Assembly (NCBI GenBank): GCA_046153645.1
Contig: JBJXGI010000105.1
Coordinates: 1 to 19,191 of the forward strand
DNA from: Elusimicrobiota bacterium
GTDB taxonomy: Bacteria > Elusimicrobiota > Elusimicrobia > F11
Direction of reading: 5' to 3'
Length of the DNA stretch: 19,191 nucleotides
Shown here: piece after piece, positions 15,439 through 19,191 of the stretch
Layout of the letters: each line of letters opens with the position of its first letter
Position numbering within the stretch: position 1 is the first letter of the stretch
Notes under the pieces: generated by a model
What the model was told of the DNA's origin: nothing
What the model saw: only the letters and a program-made list of their open reading frames with translations
The model's database searches: none
Program-made: the position numbers and the translations under genes

Positions 15439-16605
15439 ATGAAACTATACGAGTATCAAGCTAAAGAATTATATGGAAAATTTTCCATTCCTAAACCGGA
15501 TGGATTTTTTATTTCTAAACCGAATGAATTAAAACCTGTCTTAAAAAAAATAGGAAAAGGCCCTTGGGCCATGAAAGCGCAGGTCCTTGCTGGGGGACGT
15601 GGTAAAGCGGGTGGAGTAAAACTGGTTAAAACACCTCAAGAAGCAGCCTTGTTTGTCAAAAATATTCTTGGAAAAAAATTAGTCACTCACCAAACGGGAC
15701 CTGAGGGTGAAAAAGTTGTTGGTATTCTCATCGAAAAGTCTCTTCCCAAAATTGTGCGTGAGATGTATGTCAGTATTCTTTTAGATCGAAAAACCGGTGC
15801 TCCTGTCCTCTTGGCGTCAAAAGAAGGAGGGATGGACATTGAAACATTGGCTCATGAAAGGCCTGAGGCCATCTTAAAATTTCAGATTGATCCCACATTA
15901 AAATTACCTCTTTATCGCGCAAGAGAAATATCCAAAGCATTGGGGCTAACAGGGCCATTGTTGAACCAAGGAGCCGCACTCCTCAGTAAACTGTGTGATA
16001 TATTTATTTCAATTGATGCAAGCTTACTTGAGATTAACCCACTTGCTGTTTCTCAATCGGGTCAACTCATGGCCTTAGATGGAAAAATTACCACCGATGA
16101 AAATGCTCTTTTCAGACATCCAGATCAACAACGCTGGAAAGAATCTTCTCCTCAACCACAAGCTGAAAAACGGGCTCTGAAAGCCAATATTTCATTTATT
16201 AAATTAGATGGAAGTGTTGGTTGTCTCGTCAATGGCGCCGGCCTTGCCATGGCAACCATGGACATTATTAAACTTCATGGTGGAAGCCCCGCCAATTTTT
16301 TAGATGTTGGTGGAGGGGCCAATGAAAAACAAGTCACTGAAGCTTTTAAAATAATTTTATCTGATAAACAAGTGAAAGGCGTTTTGGTTAATATTTTTGG
16401 TGGCATTATGCGCTGTGATGTTATTGCTCAAGGAATTATTGAAGCTGTTAAACAAGTTAAAATGAAAGTGCCTTTGGTCGTACGGTTAGAAGGAAACAAA
16501 AGCCAAGAAGCGAAAGAAATTTTAGCTAAATCAAAACTCGCCCTTATTCCAGCAACAGGTTTAGCCGAGGCGGCCAAGCTTATTGTGGAAGCGGTGAATA
16601 AATAA
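15439..16605 (+). CDS. sucC: Succinyl-CoA synthetase beta subunit
   Basis: MKLYEYQAKE, KAQVLAGGRGKAGGV, LEINPL, VNGAGLAMATMD, PANFLDVGGGA, NIFGGIMRCD. Confidence 0.96.
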   Translation: MKLYEYQAKELYGKFSIPKPDGFFISKPNELKPVLKKIGKGPWAMKAQVLAGGRGKAGGVKLVKTPQEAALFVKNILGKKLVTHQTGPEGEKVVGILIEKSLPKIVREMYVSILLDRKTGAPVLLASKEGGMDIETLAHERPEAILKFQIDPTLKLPLYRAREISKALGLTGPLLNQGAALLSKLCDIFISIDASLLEINPLAVSQSGQLMALDGKITTDENALFRHPDQQRWKESSPQPQAEKRALKANISFIKLDGSVGCLVNGAGLAMATMDIIKLHGGSPANFLDVGGGANEKQVTEAFKIILSDKQVKGVLVNIFGGIMRCDVIAQGIIEAVKQVKMKVPLVVRLEGNKSQEAKEILAKSKLALIPATGLAEAAKLIVEAVNK

Positions 16606-16611
16606 GGTTTT

Positions 16612-17520
16612 ATGGGAATACTTCTCGATAAAAATTCAAAACTTATCACACAAGGAATTACAGGTTCTGCTGGTTCATTTCATACGCGGCTTTGTAAAGA
16701 ATATGGAACAAATGTTGTGGGCGGAGTGACACCTGGAAAAGGGGGCTCTGATTTTGAGGGAATCCCTATTTTTGATACCGTCAAAGAAGCTGTTAAAGAA
16801 AAAAACGCCAATGTATCCATGTTGTTTGTTCCTGCTCCTTTTGCGGCTGATGCTATTTTAGAAGCCATGGAAGCGGGCATTAAGCTTGTTGTTGCTATCA
16901 CGGAAGGCATTCCCGTGACGGATATGGTGATGGTTAAAAAATATCTAGAAAAGTGGAATAAAGACCAATCATCAGAAAATAAATGCCGACTTATTGGTCC
17001 TAATTGTCCTGGCCTTATTACGGTGGACGTCTGTAAGGTGGGAATTATGCCGGGTTCTATTCACAAAAAAGGAAATATTGGTATTGTTTCTCGGTCTGGG
17101 ACGTTAACTTATGAAGCGGTGTGGCAACTTTCCGAATTGGGTATCGGACAATCTTCTGTGGTTGGAATTGGCGGTGACCCGGTCAATGGGACAAATTTTA
17201 TTGACGTACTAGAGCTTTTTGAAAAAGATCCTGAAACCTCCGCTGTTGTTATGCTTGGTGAAATTGGAGGAAGAGCCGAAGAAGACGCTTCTGAATACTT
17301 TAAAAAGAATATGAGTAAACCTGTGTTTTCTTTTATTGCTGGAATTTCGGCGCCACCTGGAAAAAGAATGGGGCATGCGGGAGCCATTGTTGAAGGTGGG
17401 TCTGGTAAAGCAGAAGACAAAATTGTCACTCTTAGAAAAAATGGCGTTATTGTGACAGAATCACCCGCTACCATTGGAAAAACCGTTAAGGACAATTTAT
17501 TTGCTGAAAAAAAATATTAG
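16612..17520 (+). CDS. sucD: Succinyl-CoA synthetase alpha subunit
   Basis: [50 protein letters not shown] (phospho-His). Confidence 0.96.
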   Translation: MGILLDKNSKLITQGITGSAGSFHTRLCKEYGTNVVGGVTPGKGGSDFEGIPIFDTVKEAVKEKNANVSMLFVPAPFAADAILEAMEAGIKLVVAITEGIPVTDMVMVKKYLEKWNKDQSSENKCRLIGPNCPGLITVDVCKVGIMPGSIHKKGNIGIVSRSGTLTYEAVWQLSELGIGQSSVVGIGGDPVNGTNFIDVLELFEKDPETSAVVMLGEIGGRAEEDASEYFKKNMSKPVFSFIAGISAPPGKRMGHAGAIVEGGSGKAEDKIVTLRKNGVIVTESPATIGKTVKDNLFAEKKY

Positions 17521-18406
17521 TTTTTTTATATTTTTCTTTATTTCTTCGACTTTTCTTTATTCTCAGTCTGTCCCCTATGTTCCCGATATAAAGGAACTTT
17601 CTTACTATCTTCGACAATTAGAATCTGAAAAAGACGAAACAAAAATATTGGAATTAAATCGTCTTATTCATGATGGGATCGTCAATGCCAAGTTAGGTGA
17701 TAAAAAAGTTTTAAAAGAGTTACTTCCTGTTATTGAAAGAGTACAAATAGCGATGGATTCCGGATTAGACCGAGTCAATCTAACTGGAGAAGAAAAATGG
17801 CTTCATAGTGCGATGCTTTATTATGAACAGGAAAAAAATAGACAAGTTATTGAAGTAAATGAAACCGATATCATGACAGACCAGACTCAATCCCTTCAGG
17901 ATGAAAAAATTTCAGTTTTTCCTGAGAAAATTATTTATATTAAAAATGATCAAGCCTCGCCCCTTATTGAATCCACCCATATAAATGAGGCTGTTGTTTC
18001 ACCGAATGGGCAAGACATTGGGTATTGTAGAAATACAGATGGGCATGGTGAAATTTGGACCATTCAGGTTAAAAACAAAAAAAATAGGAAAGTGGCATCT
18101 TCCAAAGGGTGTAGAACACTTCTTTTTTCTTCTGACAGTCAGCAATTGTTTTTCCAAGAGGATTTATCTCCCAATCAACGCCAATCTACTGTTTACCGAG
18201 TGCCTGTTTCTGGAGGAACAAAAAAGAGTTTAGGAGAGTTTAGATTTCTACAAGGAATCGTTATAAAAGGAAAATACAAAGGTTGCGTTATCGCTTTGAA
18301 AAACCGAAAACATCATTTGGGTATAGCAAATCTTGATTGTACCTATGCCATTAGCGGTTCAAATGGGAAAGAAGTTGGGCGTCTCTTAAATATTCCGTGT
18401 CGTTAA
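17501..18406 (+). CDS. Exported hypothetical protein with a TolB/PD40-like partial beta-propeller C-terminus
   Basis: Probable TTG start at 17501 after AAGGA gives signal-like [22 protein letters not shown] (track start 17474). [29 protein letters not shown] and VYRVPVSGG are PD40-like. Confidence 0.65.
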   Translation: MLKKNISFFIFFFISSTFLYSQSVPYVPDIKELSYYLRQLESEKDETKILELNRLIHDGIVNAKLGDKKVLKELLPVIERVQIAMDSGLDRVNLTGEEKWLHSAMLYYEQEKNRQVIEVNETDIMTDQTQSLQDEKISVFPEKIIYIKNDQASPLIESTHINEAVVSPNGQDIGYCRNTDGHGEIWTIQVKNKKNRKVASSKGCRTLLFSSDSQQLFFQEDLSPNQRQSTVYRVPVSGGTKKSLGEFRFLQGIVIKGKYKGCVIALKNRKHHLGIANLDCTYAISGSNGKEVGRLLNIPCR

Positions 18407-19191
18407 CGACTGAGTAATTCTTTAAGCAAATCGCGTTGTTTGATCAATTCTTCTGATTTAATTTCTTGACTGGCTTTTAAATCATCGAGTTTCTTCTGTT
18501 TTTGTTGTGCTAATTTGTCTAATTCTTGATCTTGTTTTAGTCCAGGGGACGTTCTTCTCATTAAAGATTGTTTTTCATTGACATAGAAAATATCTAGTTC
18601 TTTTTTCTTTTCAGTGAAAAATTTTTCAATTCCAGCTAACTCTTTTTCGATATTAGGTAAGTTTTTTCCCTTTCCAGAAGCCAGTTGATAAAAAGAATCC
18701 TGCATCAAAATCATTGTTCCTTCAATGCTTCTTTTATCTGAAACCAATTTTGACTTCTGTTCGTTCATGTTTTTTCTAAGATCTCTCAGTTCTGTCCAGA
18801 AAAATACTGCAGGAGCAGAACCAATCAAAAGTCCAAAAATAAACATCAGTAAAACTGGCGCGGAACTACTAGAAGAGCCGGCTGAATGATTAACCGCCGA
18901 ATGCGTTGTGTTGGGAACAGCAGACGGTTGTTTCGTTATGTGTCCAGAACCATTTCCATTTTTTTTAGGTTTAAATCCGCTTATTTTAAGGTTATATTTA
19001 TTTTTTAAATCATTAACGATAGGTAGAAATGAAGATTCTGCTTGAACTATTGATTTATCATCCCAGGAAACGCGGTCTTTTGTAAGTTCAATGTCATCAT
19101 GTATCGCGTCAATTTCGAAATCAAAAACTGAGTCAATTTCCATCTTAATGTTTTTAATGGCTTCCTCATGATTTTCCGGTGGGCTTTCATC
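18403..19191 (-). CDS. Hypothetical single-pass membrane protein with C-terminal coiled coil (5' end probably outside the window)
   Basis: The frame stays open from the track start at 19143 to the right edge. TM segment PVLLMFIFGLLIGSAPAVFFW is followed by a K/E/Q-rich helical region. Confidence 0.75.
   Translation of the reverse strand, partial: DESPPENHEEAIKNIKMEIDSVFDFEIDAIHDDIELTKDRVSWDDKSIVQAESSFLPIVNDLKNKYNLKISGFKPKKNGNGSGHITKQPSAVPNTTHSAVNHSAGSSSSSAPVLLMFIFGLLIGSAPAVFFWTELRDLRKNMNEQKSKLVSDKRSIEGTMILMQDSFYQLASGKGKNLPNIEKELAGIEKFFTEKKKELDIFYVNEKQSLMRRTSPGLKQDQELDKLAQQKQKKLDDLKASQEIKSEELIKQRDLLKELLSR

Noticed and set aside
12853..17520. Evidence of autotrophic reductive TCA cycle or citryl-CoA synthetase
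   Set aside because: The proteins look like standard SucC/SucD, and no citrate-cleaving enzyme is in the window.
10702..18233. Short alternative-frame and antisense ORFs inside the cyclase, DUF2064, korB, sucC, sucD and PD40-like genes
   Set aside because: Contained in or largely overlapping well-supported CDSs, with no independent evidence.

Overview
Bacterial chromosomal window, AT-rich by eye. The left half (1-9693) is one uninterrupted minus-strand ORF that the ORF track missed because its stop codon lies beyond the left edge. It starts at ATG 9693 and encodes at least 3231 aa. By manual translation its order is: signal peptide; putative TIKI/TraB/ChaN-like domain; site-2 (M50) intramembrane protease; second HExxH metallopeptidase motif; Q/N-rich coiled coil and Gly-rich linker; vWA (MIDAS) domain; TM hairpin; two MoxR/dynein-related AAA+ domains; recently duplicated 60-aa beta-propeller-like repeats. 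A 62-bp palindromic element sits inside it without breaking the frame. The divergent intergenic region holds two perfect DnaA boxes, phased direct repeats and a probable leaderless promoter. The right half encodes a membrane class III adenylate cyclase, a DUF2064/TIGR04282 transferase, korAB-sucCD, an exported TolB/PD40-like protein and a convergent, 5'-truncated membrane coiled-coil protein. The giant-protein N-terminus suggests an Elusimicrobiota/Omnitrophota-like host, which is inference only. All domain calls come from motif reading; no searches were run.
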